This document shows, piece after piece, positions 38,418 through 46,404 of a DNA stretch of 64,000 nt (its first letter is position 1; every line of letters begins with the position of its first letter). The notes under the pieces are model-generated. The model was given only the letters and a program-made list of their open reading frames with translations, ran no database searches and had not been told where the DNA came from. The stretch lies in NCBI GenBank assembly GCA_963740145.1, contig CAVUDI010000002.1, positions 36,579 through 100,578 on the forward strand. Direction: 5' to 3'. Made by a program: the position numbers and the translations under genes. The DNA comes from an uncultured Actinomycetes bacterium (lineage in GTDB: Bacteria; Actinomycetota; Thermoleophilia; Solirubrobacterales; 70-9).

Positions 38418-38759
38418 ATGGCTGAATTTGCCTTTGCGATCCCGGTTGTTCCGGGCCAAGAGGGCCTCGACCGCAAGACGCTGGGCGAGATGAGCGGGGC
38501 GCGTCGGGACGAGTACGAGGAGGCGGCGCGACGGGCCGGGATCACGAGGCAGATCGTCTGGCACCAGCAGACGCCACAGGGAACCGTCGCAGTGGTGTAC
38601 GTCGAGGCAGACGACCCTTTGGCGGCGCTGGGCGAGTTCGGATCATCGGACGAGCCTTTCAACAGCTGGTTCCGAGACCAGATGAAGGAAGTGCACGGCA
38701 TCGATATCTCTGAGCCGGGTCCTCCCTCGGAGAAGGTGTTTGACGCTAAGACGCCCTGA
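38418..38759 (+). CDS. conserved small hypothetical protein (113 aa)
   Basis: AAGGGAG SD 7 nt upstream. MAEFAFAIPVVPGQEGLDRKTLGEMSGARRDEYEEAARRAGITRQIVWHQQTPQGTVAVVYVEADDP...FNSWFRDQMKEVHGID. It resembles an uncharacterised actinobacterial family that I cannot name with confidence. Confidence 0.7.
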   Translation: MAEFAFAIPVVPGQEGLDRKTLGEMSGARRDEYEEAARRAGITRQIVWHQQTPQGTVAVVYVEADDPLAALGEFGSSDEPFNSWFRDQMKEVHGIDISEPGPPSEKVFDAKTP

Positions 38760-38884
38760 GTCGTCCCTCTTCTCCTCACCTCGGCGGGCCTAGATATGCG
38801 CTTCTTGCCAGCCCTGTGATCCGGTACTGCATTTAGGTAGGCAGGCTGGACAAAAAGGGCCCCGACCGAGGAGCATCAGACGTG

Positions 38885-38952
38885 GGGGCGACGCCTCCGT
38901 CTCGGGATGGCTTCGCGTACTGAGGAGAGGCCGACGGAGACAACGTCGCCCC
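38885..38952 (+). terminator. two-part GC stem followed by a T-rich tract (possible terminator of 38418-38759)
   Basis: GGGGCGACG-c-CTCCGTC ...31 nt... GACGGAG-acaa-CGTCGCCCC, then CTTTCGTGTTCTT. Confidence 0.35.
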
Positions 38953-38987
38953 CTTTCGTGTTCTTGGAGGAGCCATCCAGCCTGGGC

Positions 38988-39006
38988 GCGAGATACTGCG
39001 CGGGCG
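38988..39006 (+). promoter_or_regulatory. conserved 19-nt leader GCGAGATACTGCGCGGGCG directly before the ATG (putative -10 GATACT, near-leaderless start)
   Basis: The same 19-mer (at most 1 difference) precedes the SnoaL-like starts at 3224-3242, 3972-3990 and 41485-41503. No SD is present. Confidence 0.45.
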
Positions 39007-39402
39007 ATGTCGCAGGAGAACGTGGAGATCGTCCGTGGCGCCTTCGAGGCGATCAACAGGGGAGACGTGGACGCCGCGCTCAAGGATGCGGCTCCAGGCT
39101 TCGAGTTCGACTTCTCGCGGGCGGTCGGTCCGCAGCATGGCGTGTTTGGGCGCGATGAGGTGCCCGGCGCTCTTAGGGAGTTCGACGAGCCCTGGGAGTC
39201 CGTTCGCAGAGAGGCAGATGAGTTCATCGAAGCTGGTGAGCAAGTAGTGACGCCCTTGACGAGCTACCACCGGGGGCGCGACGGGATCGAACTGCGGGCT
39301 CGAGTCGCCATGGTCTGGACGTTCCACAACGGGGCCATCACCCACATCACCTTCTACCAGGAGCTCGAAGAGGCGCTTGAAGCCGCCGGGCTTTCGGAGT
39401 AG
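39007..39402 (+). CDS. SnoaL-like / NTF2-family protein, array copy 1
   Basis: MSQENVEIVRGAFEAINRGDVDAAL...QELEEALEAAGLSE; 131 aa. Confidence 0.85.
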   Translation: MSQENVEIVRGAFEAINRGDVDAALKDAAPGFEFDFSRAVGPQHGVFGRDEVPGALREFDEPWESVRREADEFIEAGEQVVTPLTSYHRGRDGIELRARVAMVWTFHNGAITHITFYQELEEALEAAGLSE

Positions 39403-39405
39403 GCG

Positions 39406-39801
39406 ATGTCGCAGGAGAACGTGGAGCTTGCCTACCGAGCAGCCGACGCGGTCAATCAGCGCAATCTCGATGCCTTCCTGGCGCTGATGGACGAGGACGT
39501 TGAGGCCGTTTCGCGCATCGTCGCCATGGAGGGGGGCTTGCACGGCCACGACGGGGTCCGGCGCTGGTGGGACAACTGGTTCGAGGCATTTCCCGACTAC
39601 AACATCGAGGTTGTCGAGGCCCGCGACTTCGGAGACGCGGTAGTCGCCACCCTCCGCGCCCACGGCCATGGTGCGGGGAGCGAGCTGCCGCTCGAGGACA
39701 ACGTCTGGAATGCCAGCCGCTGGCGGGACGGCAAGTGCGTCTGGTGGCAGGTCTTCGACACCGAGACGGATGCCATCGAAGCCGTCGGACTCTCGGAGTA
39801 G
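39406..39801 (+). CDS. SnoaL-like / NTF2-family protein, array copy 2
   Basis: MSQENVELAYRAADAVNQRNLDAFL...ETDAIEAVGLSE. Junction: GAGTAG-GCG-ATGTCGCAGGAGAACGT. Confidence 0.85.
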   Translation: MSQENVELAYRAADAVNQRNLDAFLALMDEDVEAVSRIVAMEGGLHGHDGVRRWWDNWFEAFPDYNIEVVEARDFGDAVVATLRAHGHGAGSELPLEDNVWNASRWRDGKCVWWQVFDTETDAIEAVGLSE

Positions 39802-39804
39802 GCG

Positions 39805-39960
39805 ATGTCGCAGGAGAACGTCGAGATCGTGCGCCGCGTAAACGAGCTCTTCTCGAAGGGAGACCTGGATGGATGGGCCGAGCATTGGGACCCTGAGGTC
39901 GTCGTGACGCCGCCGAAAGGCTGGCCCGAGGGAGAGGAGGGGCAGGGGATAGAGGCGCCC
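39805..39960 (+). pseudogene. SnoaL-like gene, array copy 3, truncated after about 50 codons
   Basis: MSQENVEIVRRVNELFSKGDLDGWAEHWDPEVVVTPPKGWPEGEEGQGIEA. The frame then reads antisense methyltransferase sequence. The junction with copy 2 is identical to the copy 1/2 junction. Confidence 0.7.
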
Positions 39961-39979
39961 TGGGATCGGGAGCCCCGAC

Positions 39980-40400
39980 TCATGATGCTGACCGCGATCC
40001 AGTGGCGGAAGGTCATCTCGCGGGCCATCAGGTGGGCGCCGAGGACGATGTTCCAGCGCGGCAGGTTGTAGGCGAAGAACGAGCCGCCGGGCTTCAAGAC
40101 GCGGACGCACTGGTCGATCCAGGCCCGGCACCACTCGACGTACTCGCCCTCGGTGATCTCGTCGTTGACCTTCGGTCCGTAGACCTTCCCGAGGTTGAAC
40201 GGCGGATCGGCGAAGACCATGTCGACGCTCTCGTCCGCCACGCGTCGCAGGAACTCCAGGCAATCCTCATTGAACAGCGCGCCGTGCCTGGTCGCCAGGG
40301 CAGGCTCCGAGCCAGCCGCGACGACCGCCGAGGGATCGAAGGGTTCCAACGTGGTCATGCGTTCTTGCTTCATCGTGCCACGGGAAGAGCCTCGGAGCAT
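39980..40400 (-). pseudogene. 5' half of a beta-class (DPPF) DNA methyltransferase, truncated
   Basis: ..GALFNEDCLEFLRRVADESVDMVFADPPFNLGKVYG...EYVEWCRAWIDQCVRVLKPGGSFFAYN...FRHWIAVS. Sense is then lost, and the C-terminal AdoMet (FxGxG) half is absent. Confidence 0.7.
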
Positions 40401-40585
40401 GATCGGATGCTATCCGGACCGGCGGCGGCAAACGAACAGGCGTAGCTCGACCGGGACCTGGCTACCCATCGCCGAGGGCCGAGCCCGCCCTTTCTTTTTC
40501 GCGCGAAACCGCCCTGCGGCCCGGCCACCAGTGTGCCCTCGACACCTGGGGCGCCCCCCTCCCGCAGCCGGCCTCTGAGGAGTAA

Positions 40586-41296
40586 CTAGCCGATGATGAA
40601 GCCGCCGAACAGGCAGCGGTTGCCGGGGCCATAAGTGCCGTTCCCGGCATTCGGGGTCCCGTTCTTCACCGCCGCCACGGCTTGACCCCGCAGCAGCGTG
40701 TCACCGACGCCCACGAGGGTGAAGCTGCCCGAGGTAATTGACGCATTGTTCGCGGCGGTAGAGGCGCTACTAAGCCGCCGGTCGCGTTCGTCGGTGCCGG
40801 GATTAAGAGATAGCCGCTCGGCGGCGGGGGCCCGTTCTGGCCGACGAGGAAGTTAAACCCGCTAAGCAGCGACCCCGCCTTATTGGTGTCCGCAAAGACC
40901 TCCGCGTAGGTGATGTTGGCGCTCGTGTCGGTGAAGCACTTGGCGTAGATCGTGAAGGCCCCCTTGGAGAACAACCCCGTCCTGGGCGCGGCGCCGCGGG
41001 CGGCATCTGACGGTGGCCCCACCGGTGGCCGTCAGCCGCTTGATCGGCGTGAGGACCTTGAGCCCGCTGACGGCATTGGCGCTGGCCGCGTTGGGGACGG
41101 TACCGAGCTTTGACTCTTTGATCTTCTTGCCCCCGACAGTGTTGCTCTTGAGCCGGTTGCCGGCCAGCGAGTTCTTTTTGATCTGACTGCCGCTGATCTT
41201 GTTTGCGGCGTAGACCGTGCCTCCGGCGAGCACTAGAAAGAGGGCGAACGTTGCCACCACGTTCGAATACGTCAGCCTGGCTCTGATCCAGCTCAT
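40586..41296 (-). pseudogene. paralog of the 2120-2656 secreted protein, read through three frames
   Basis: MSWIRARLTYSNVVATFALFLVLAGGTVYA.. (41296 frame), ..LFSKGAFTIYAKCFTDTSANITYAEVFADTNKAGSLLSGFNFLVGQNG (41022 frame), ..SFTLVGVGDTLLRGQAVAAVKNGTPNAGNGTYGPGNRCLFGGFIIG* (third frame, stop at 40586). Confidence 0.6.
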
Positions 41297-41445
41297 GAGT
41301 TCTCCTTACGCGTCTTGTCTAGTCAGCCGTTCAGCGTCCGCCTAACTATCCAACGAGCCGACCCTACTCCGTTTGGCTGGCCGGCGCAGGCGCTGGGCCC
41401 ATTTTCAGGTTGTGCCCTAGGGCTCCCGGAGAGAAGAGACGCGAA

Positions 41446-41484
41446 TCAGACCCCGCGCACGGTCCTGACGTTCTCCTGGGACAT
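41446..41484 (-). pseudogene. orphan 5' stub of a SnoaL-like gene with its conserved leader
   Basis: GCGAGATACTGCGCGGGCG-ATGTCCCAGGAGAACGTC.. encodes MSQENVRTVRGV*. Confidence 0.6.
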
Positions 41485-41604
41485 CGCCCGCGCAGTATCT
41501 CGCAGGGCTCCTGAACGCCGCGACCCCCGGCGCCAGGGAAGGTCGAAGTGACGCCGAGGGCCGCTCTCTAACCATCTACTGGGGGAAGGAGAAACCCCGA
41601 TGGC

Positions 41605-42833
41605 TCATTTGACCTTCAGCACGCGGAGGGCATCGGGGACGATGACGCCGCCGCCCGTTCTGCCGTAGCAGTAGAGCCCGCGCTGCCCGGTGGGCCTCCG
41701 GTTGGAGCCGAGCAAATGGGGCACAAGCTCGACGCTCAGGCCGACGCGGTCGATAATGCGGTACGCCGCCAGCGAAGTCCCCATAGGCCAGGATTTCGAG
41801 CCCGAGCTGGTGGTCGAGACGAGCGTGGAGCAACTCCGCCCCAGGGCTTGCCCAGCAGCATCGAGCGGTCGTCGTTGAACAGCACCGCCTCGGTGGTGGA
41901 GCCGGCGGCGACGAAGCGCCAGATGGTGTTCCCCGTGGTGTTCGAGCTGAGGAAGCTCGCGCGGGGCTGGAATCGCGGCGGGAGCGCCTGCTGCAGGGTG
42001 TAGACGTCAGCCGCCACGAACGCCGCCGTGCCGGCGGTGTCGACGTAGGTCGTGGCCGTGCCGCCAACGGTGATGCCCTGCGGCTCATTGCTGGCAGCTC
42101 CGGCGCCGTTGGTGAATTTGCTCGCCTCCAATTGGTCGCGGGCATCAGCGAACAGCCGGCCCAGCTCCTCTTGGAGCGAGGCGTAGTCCTGGCCCAGCTC
42201 AATGCTGAATGGGATGAACGCCTGCCACTTCTCGGCGTTGATCGTCGGCTGCGCGAGCGTCGGGGAATCGTCGCTCGCTTCCGTCGCCTCGGCTGAGAAC
42301 GCCGCCGTCACGCCCTCGGAGCTGACGCCCTGCCAGGTGCGGGTGGTGATGCGTGCTCCACCGTCGCCAGCTCCCGGAGCGGCGATTGCGAGCCGGAGCT
42401 GGTGAGCATGATCGTGGGGTCGAGCGCATAGGGAACGCCGAATCCGCCAGTGGACCCGACGCCCTCTGCCATCGCCCGCTCGGTATGGGCCTCGCTGGCT
42501 ACACGAACGGCCCTGGCCTCGTCGTCGGTGAATTCCTGGTGTGCCGTATCGGGGCGCATGATGCGCTTCCAGAAACGCCCGCTCGTAGTCGGGGTCGGCG
42601 ACGGCAGCGATATAGCGCGCGTCGATCCCACCGCGGTCGCGGCGAATCAGGCTGTCGAGCCGATCCCCGGCCCCAGCTGAGAGCTGCATGCGCTCCAGTG
42701 CGCGGAGCCCAGCCTCGCGGTCCTCGTGGCCTGGGCCGGCATCGCGGTCCCGGCGCGCGGATTCCCGAGGGTCGGTGCCCGAGCGCTCGCGGTGCGCGGG
42801 GTCCTGGCTCAGCTCGGCGATGCGCTTGAGCAA
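41605..42833 (-). pseudogene. HK97-family phage major capsid protein, about 4 frame breaks
   Basis: Segments: ..RALERMQLSAGAGDRLDSLIRRD..ARYIAAVADPDYERAF; FWKRIMRPDTAHQEFTDDEARAVR..ERAMAEGVGSTGGFGVPYALDPTIMLTSSG..PLRELATVE; ITTRTWQGVSSEGVTAAFSAEATEASDDSPTLAQPTINAEKWQAFIPFSIEL; FTNGAG..NEPQGI; YRIIDRVGLSVELVPHLLGSNRRPTGQRGLYCYGRTGGGVIVPDALRVLKVK*. Confidence 0.75.
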
Positions 42834-42842
42834 GGCAATCTG

Positions 42843-43056
42843 CTAAGTGGTGTAGAGGTCGAGTTCCGAGCCGGCGGCGGCACGCTCGCCATCGGTGGCG
42901 CGGATTCGCTGCGCCCGCCAGGGCCGCTAGGGCCGGTCGGGTCGCGACGAACTTGTCAACGTGGGTGCGTAGGACAGGGTGGTCGTCTGCGACCCGAGTT
43001 TGGCCCGCGACGAACTCGACGCCGCCAACCTCGAAAGAGTGCGTTGCTTTGAACAT
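42843..43056 (-). CDS. small phage-remnant ORF upstream of the capsid gene (frame uncertain)
   Basis: CAGGAG SD 6 nt before the ATG at 43056: MFKATHSFEVGGVEFVAGQTRVADDHPVLRTHVDKFVATR.. A shifted frame ends at TAG 42843-42845, 9 nt before the capsid TTG start. Confidence 0.35.
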
Positions 43057-43224
43057 GAGTGCTCCTGTCTTGGAGGGGATGGTCGGATTCGGTGACCAGT
43101 TCCAGTAGAGGGCTGATGCGGCGTCCGGTTGGGAGGTGGGGCGAGCCCCGGCGTCCTCCGGAGGTGCGGCTCAAAGGGAGCCACCCGCTCGGAATAGCCC
43201 AAGATAGCGAACCCCTCTGCGCGC

Positions 43225-43582
43225 TCAGCCGGCGGGAGGGCGGAGAATCGCCGCGAGCGGCAAGCTGCAAATCGGAACGGAGCGGCCGTGCGCCTTCGGC
43301 CAGCGGGCGGGATCGTTGGGGAAGCCGAGCCGCACTCCGAGCTGGTCCTTCAGGTGCTCGGGCGCCCTGGCCTCGTCGTAGGGTCGGATGAACAGGGTTG
43401 CTCCCGCCGCGCGCAGCTCCCGGATCTGCTCGCGGAGCGGGTGGTTCTCTCCGACGACCTCCAGGGCCTCCTTCAGGGCCAGGCGGAGCCGGTGTAGATC
43501 GGATTCGCCGGAATGCTTCGGAGACGAAGCGCAGCAGCAGCTCCTCCATCTCGTCGGGCGTCAGGTCGTGCTCGTCGTTCAT
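43225..43582 (-). CDS. hypothetical protein (one frame break)
   Basis: MNDEHDLTPDEMEELLLRFVSEAF.., then a shifted frame: DLHRLRLALKEALEVVGENHPLREQIRELRAAGATLFIRPYDEARAPEHLKDQLGVRLGFPNDPARWPKA..*. Confidence 0.4.
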
Positions 43583-43742
43583 GGCATGCCTTTCTGCGCG
43601 CCAGCGGGCGCGCCGTTTGTGGAACGGGGCCTCCGTCCCCAAAAATCCCCCACGCAGCCCCCACGCATGCCGGGGATAACCGGATCCAACCGGACGAGAC
43701 TTGGCTTGTTCAAGCGGTTCCCGCTTTTCCAAGCGGCCCGAT

Positions 43743-44141
43743 TTAGATGTGGTACATGCCCGCCCCGGCCTCCTCGGCCTCGCGGCGTGCGATATCGGCG
43801 ATCGTGGTGCTTCGGAAGACGTCGCGAAGCGCCTCGACACCTTGCTCCCAGATGCCGCCGGCCTCCTTGCCCTCCTCCCCCACCTTGCCGTCGAGCGACT
43901 GCACGACCTCGAGCACGGTGATCTGGGGGGCGGGTCGGGCGAGCGTGTAGCCGCCCTTGACGCCGCGGTGGCTCTGTAGGAGCCCGTCGCGCCGGAGGGT
44001 CGTGAACAGCTGCTCGAGGAACTGGACCGGCATCCCGCGGCGCTCTGCGATCTGTGCGATCGGAACCGGCCGCTCCCCCGAACGCGCCAGCTCGGCGAGC
44101 GCGACTACCGCGTAGCGGGACTTCGAGGTGACGGAGATCAT
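43743..44141 (-). CDS. Rrf2-family transcriptional regulator
   Basis: MISVTSKSRYAVVALAELARSGERPVPIAQIAERRGMPVQFLEQLFTTLRRDGLLQSHRGVKGGYTLARP. There is no three-Cys cluster motif in the C-terminal part. Confidence 0.88.
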   Translation of the reverse strand: MISVTSKSRYAVVALAELARSGERPVPIAQIAERRGMPVQFLEQLFTTLRRDGLLQSHRGVKGGYTLARPAPQITVLEVVQSLDGKVGEEGKEAGGIWEQGVEALRDVFRSTTIADIARREAEEAGAGMYHI

Positions 44142-44320
44142 CCAGAGGCCTTTGTACCGGAATCGGCGGCGTCGAAAAAAGGCCGCTGTTTCCGCCCGGC
44201 TTGTCGCACGGCCCGACGGCCGCCGTTAGGATGGGACGCCGGCCTGGATGGTCGGTGTTGTGCTCTCGGGGAGCTAACGACGGCTGCTTTGCCGCGGAGT
44301 CGTGGCTTGGAGTAAGAGTT

Positions 44321-44951
44321 GTGAGTGAGGACCGACGCTGCATGGTCATAGACGCCCAGCCCACCGCGCGCCTGGGGGTGCGCGAGGTGCTTGGGCGCCG
44401 GTATGAGGTGGAGGAGGCCGAGAGCGGAAGCGGCGCCCTCGAGCTCCTGACGTCGATCGGCGACTTCGACGTCGCGATCGTCGACCTGGGTCGCGCCAAC
44501 GGGGCCAACGGGCGCGGAGCCATCCGACGATCTCTCGGGAATGGCCGCGATCCGCGCCCTGCGAAAGGCACAGCCGGGCCTCGGAATCGTCGCTCATGGC
44601 CCCCAGGCTCAGCATCAGGCCGCCACCGAGGCGATCAGGGCCGGCGCGACCGCCTATGTGGTCAAGAGCTCGCCGGTGGAGGAGCTGAACCGCGCCGTGG
44701 ATGCCGCCGTGGAGTCCGAGCGGTTCGTCGACCCCGCGGCCGACTCCGGAGGTCGCTCCGCGCTCACCCGGCGCCAGCGCCAGATCCTTCAGCTCTACGC
44801 TGACGGCCAGTCGACCGCGCGGGTTGCAAAGCGCCTCGGCCTCAGCGCCGAGACCATCCGCACACACACGAAGGCGATCCTTTCGCGCCTCGGCGCCCGC
44901 GATCGCGCCCATGCGGTAGCGATCGCCCTGCGCCTCTCCCTGATCGAATAG
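44321..44951 (+). CDS. NarL/FixJ-type response regulator (REC + LuxR HTH), one frame break at about 44480-44530
   Basis: ..CMVIDAQPTARLGVREVL..DFDVAIVDL.. then ..MAAIRALRKAQPGLGIVAH...LTRRQRQILQLYADGQSTARVAKRLGLSAETIRTHTKAILSRLGARDRAHAV. No kinase gene is adjacent. Confidence 0.8.
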
Positions 44952-44994
44952 CACGCCCGAGCAGAGCATCGCGGCTGAAGGTGGATCGCTCGGG

Positions 44995-45100
44995 CTAGCG
45001 ACGAAGTCGCGGTAGCGAGCGTGTGGACCTGCCGGGTCAGGTTCGCGCCCTCGCCCGCCGGAAACGTAGCCGGAGGCGAGGCTTCCGGCGGAGTGATTTC
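44995..45100 (+). repeat. structured intergenic repeat, copy 2 (between convergent regulator genes)
   Basis: ctaGCGACgaaGTCGCggtagcgagcgtgtggacctgccgggtcaggttcgcgccctcgcCCGCCGGAAacgtagccggaggcgaggcTTCCGGCGGagtgatttc, followed by TTA, the stop of the minus-strand gene. Confidence 0.85.
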
Positions 45101-46306
45101 TTAGATCCAGCCGCGGTCGCGTGCGATCAGGACCGCCTGTGCGCGGTCGACCGCGTCGATCTTGCGATAGACGTTGTGCAGGTGGGTGCGAATCGTGCTC
45201 ACCGAAAGCGACAGCTCGTGAGGCGATCTGCTTGTAGACCTTGCCCTCGGCGAGCCCGCGCAGGGCGTCGACCTCACGCACGGAAAGCGGGCACGGGTCC
45301 GAGGCGCGTCGGCGGCGCGGCTCGCCGGAGTGGGGAAACTCGTACAGGAGGGGCGCCAACTGCTTGCGCTCGAGCCCGAGCTGGGACGGCTGCATCAACC
45401 ATCGCGTCGGCGGGAGCAGCCTCGCCCTGGACGTGGTGGACGACCAGGTCGGCGAGCCGGATCGCTGCCGCGTGTCCGCCGGCCCCCGGCGTGTGGTGTC
45501 GCTCGACCGCGGCGACGACACCGCGTGGGAAGTCCCAGCGTCGGACGAGGACCGCGCCCACCAGGGCATGGTCGATGCCCAGCTCCCGACGCTCGCACCG
45601 CACCCGCGCGCCGGGTGCCATCTTCCGGGCGTCGAGCTGGTCGAACTGCTCGTACATCTCGGCTAGCACGCAGACCGCCGACGTCGTGAACGAGGGCCGC
45701 GACAGCCAGCTCGTCGCGCTCCCCAAGCCGCGCGAGCTCGGCGATCCGATCGGCGGCATGGCGGGTGGCCACCGCGTGACGCCGGAACCGCTCGTGCCGC
45801 TCCGCCGCGGTGCCGGGCGAATCGAACGGGTCGTAGGTATCAACCGAGGCGACCACCTCCCGCACGCCCGGTGCCCCCAGGCCTTCGATCGCCTGCCGAA
45901 CTCCGCCGGTTCTACCCTTCTCGTCCTCGATATCGCCAGCCGCGCGCATGACGGCGATCGTCAGCGCTACGTCAGACTCGACCGCCTCGGCGAGCTCGCC
46001 CTGCGACGAAGCCCGGCCCTCGGAGGCGCGAAGAAGGCGTCGGCGGGACTCGGCCAGCGCGGGCAAACGGGAGGCGGCGTCGAATGCCGTGGCGAGCCGG
46101 CGCCCGCCCTTCCCGCCTCCGCGCTCGTTGCTTGCGGCCGGTTTGGACACGGCGCCGTTCGTCTTCGATGCCTTGGCCTTCCGCGCGCTGGCCTTCCGTG
46201 CCTCGGCATGCGTCTTCGGCCGCGCCCGCTTCCGGGGGGCTTTCGCGGCCCTTTTCCGCGGCGCTGGCGAGCGCCGCTGCTTGGTGGCAACCTGAGTCAC
46301 GGGCAT
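45101..46306 (-). CDS. Lys/Arg/Ala/Pro-rich tail + HDOD domain + LuxR-type HTH regulator (three frame breaks)
   Basis: MPVTQVATKQRRSPAPRKRAAKAPRKRARPKTHAEARKASARKAKASK.. Then LPALAESRRRLLRAS...ESDVALTIAVMRAAG...VRQAIEGLG...LVHDVG / VLAEMYEQFDQLD..ERRELGIDHALVGAVLVRRWDFP..AVERHH (HDOD). Then LSVREVDALRGLAEGKVYKQIA / HELSLSVSTIRTHLHNVYRKIDAVDRAQAV..*. Confidence 0.75.
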
Positions 46307-46404
46307 CCTTACCCGTATTGATGATCGGCAAGGCGAGGCCCCATGTTTAGCCGGCGTGCCGGAATCGCACCCTGACGCGCCCTGGGGGAAGCCCCCAATC
46401 GGGG

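Noticed and set aside
40555-40585. Possible third SnoaL 3' stub (ccctcccgcagccggcctctgagg)
   Set aside because: Only about 11-15 nt match the family 3' end and no consistent reading frame or stop is present. This is too weak to call.
41605-42833. HK97-fold capsid gene as an encapsulin nanocompartment shell
   Set aside because: The motifs (FTNGAG..EPQGI, the long helical N-terminal region, the C-terminal RPTGQRG..LKVK) are those of phage major capsid proteins. No cargo enzyme with a targeting peptide is adjacent, and the gene is broken several times.
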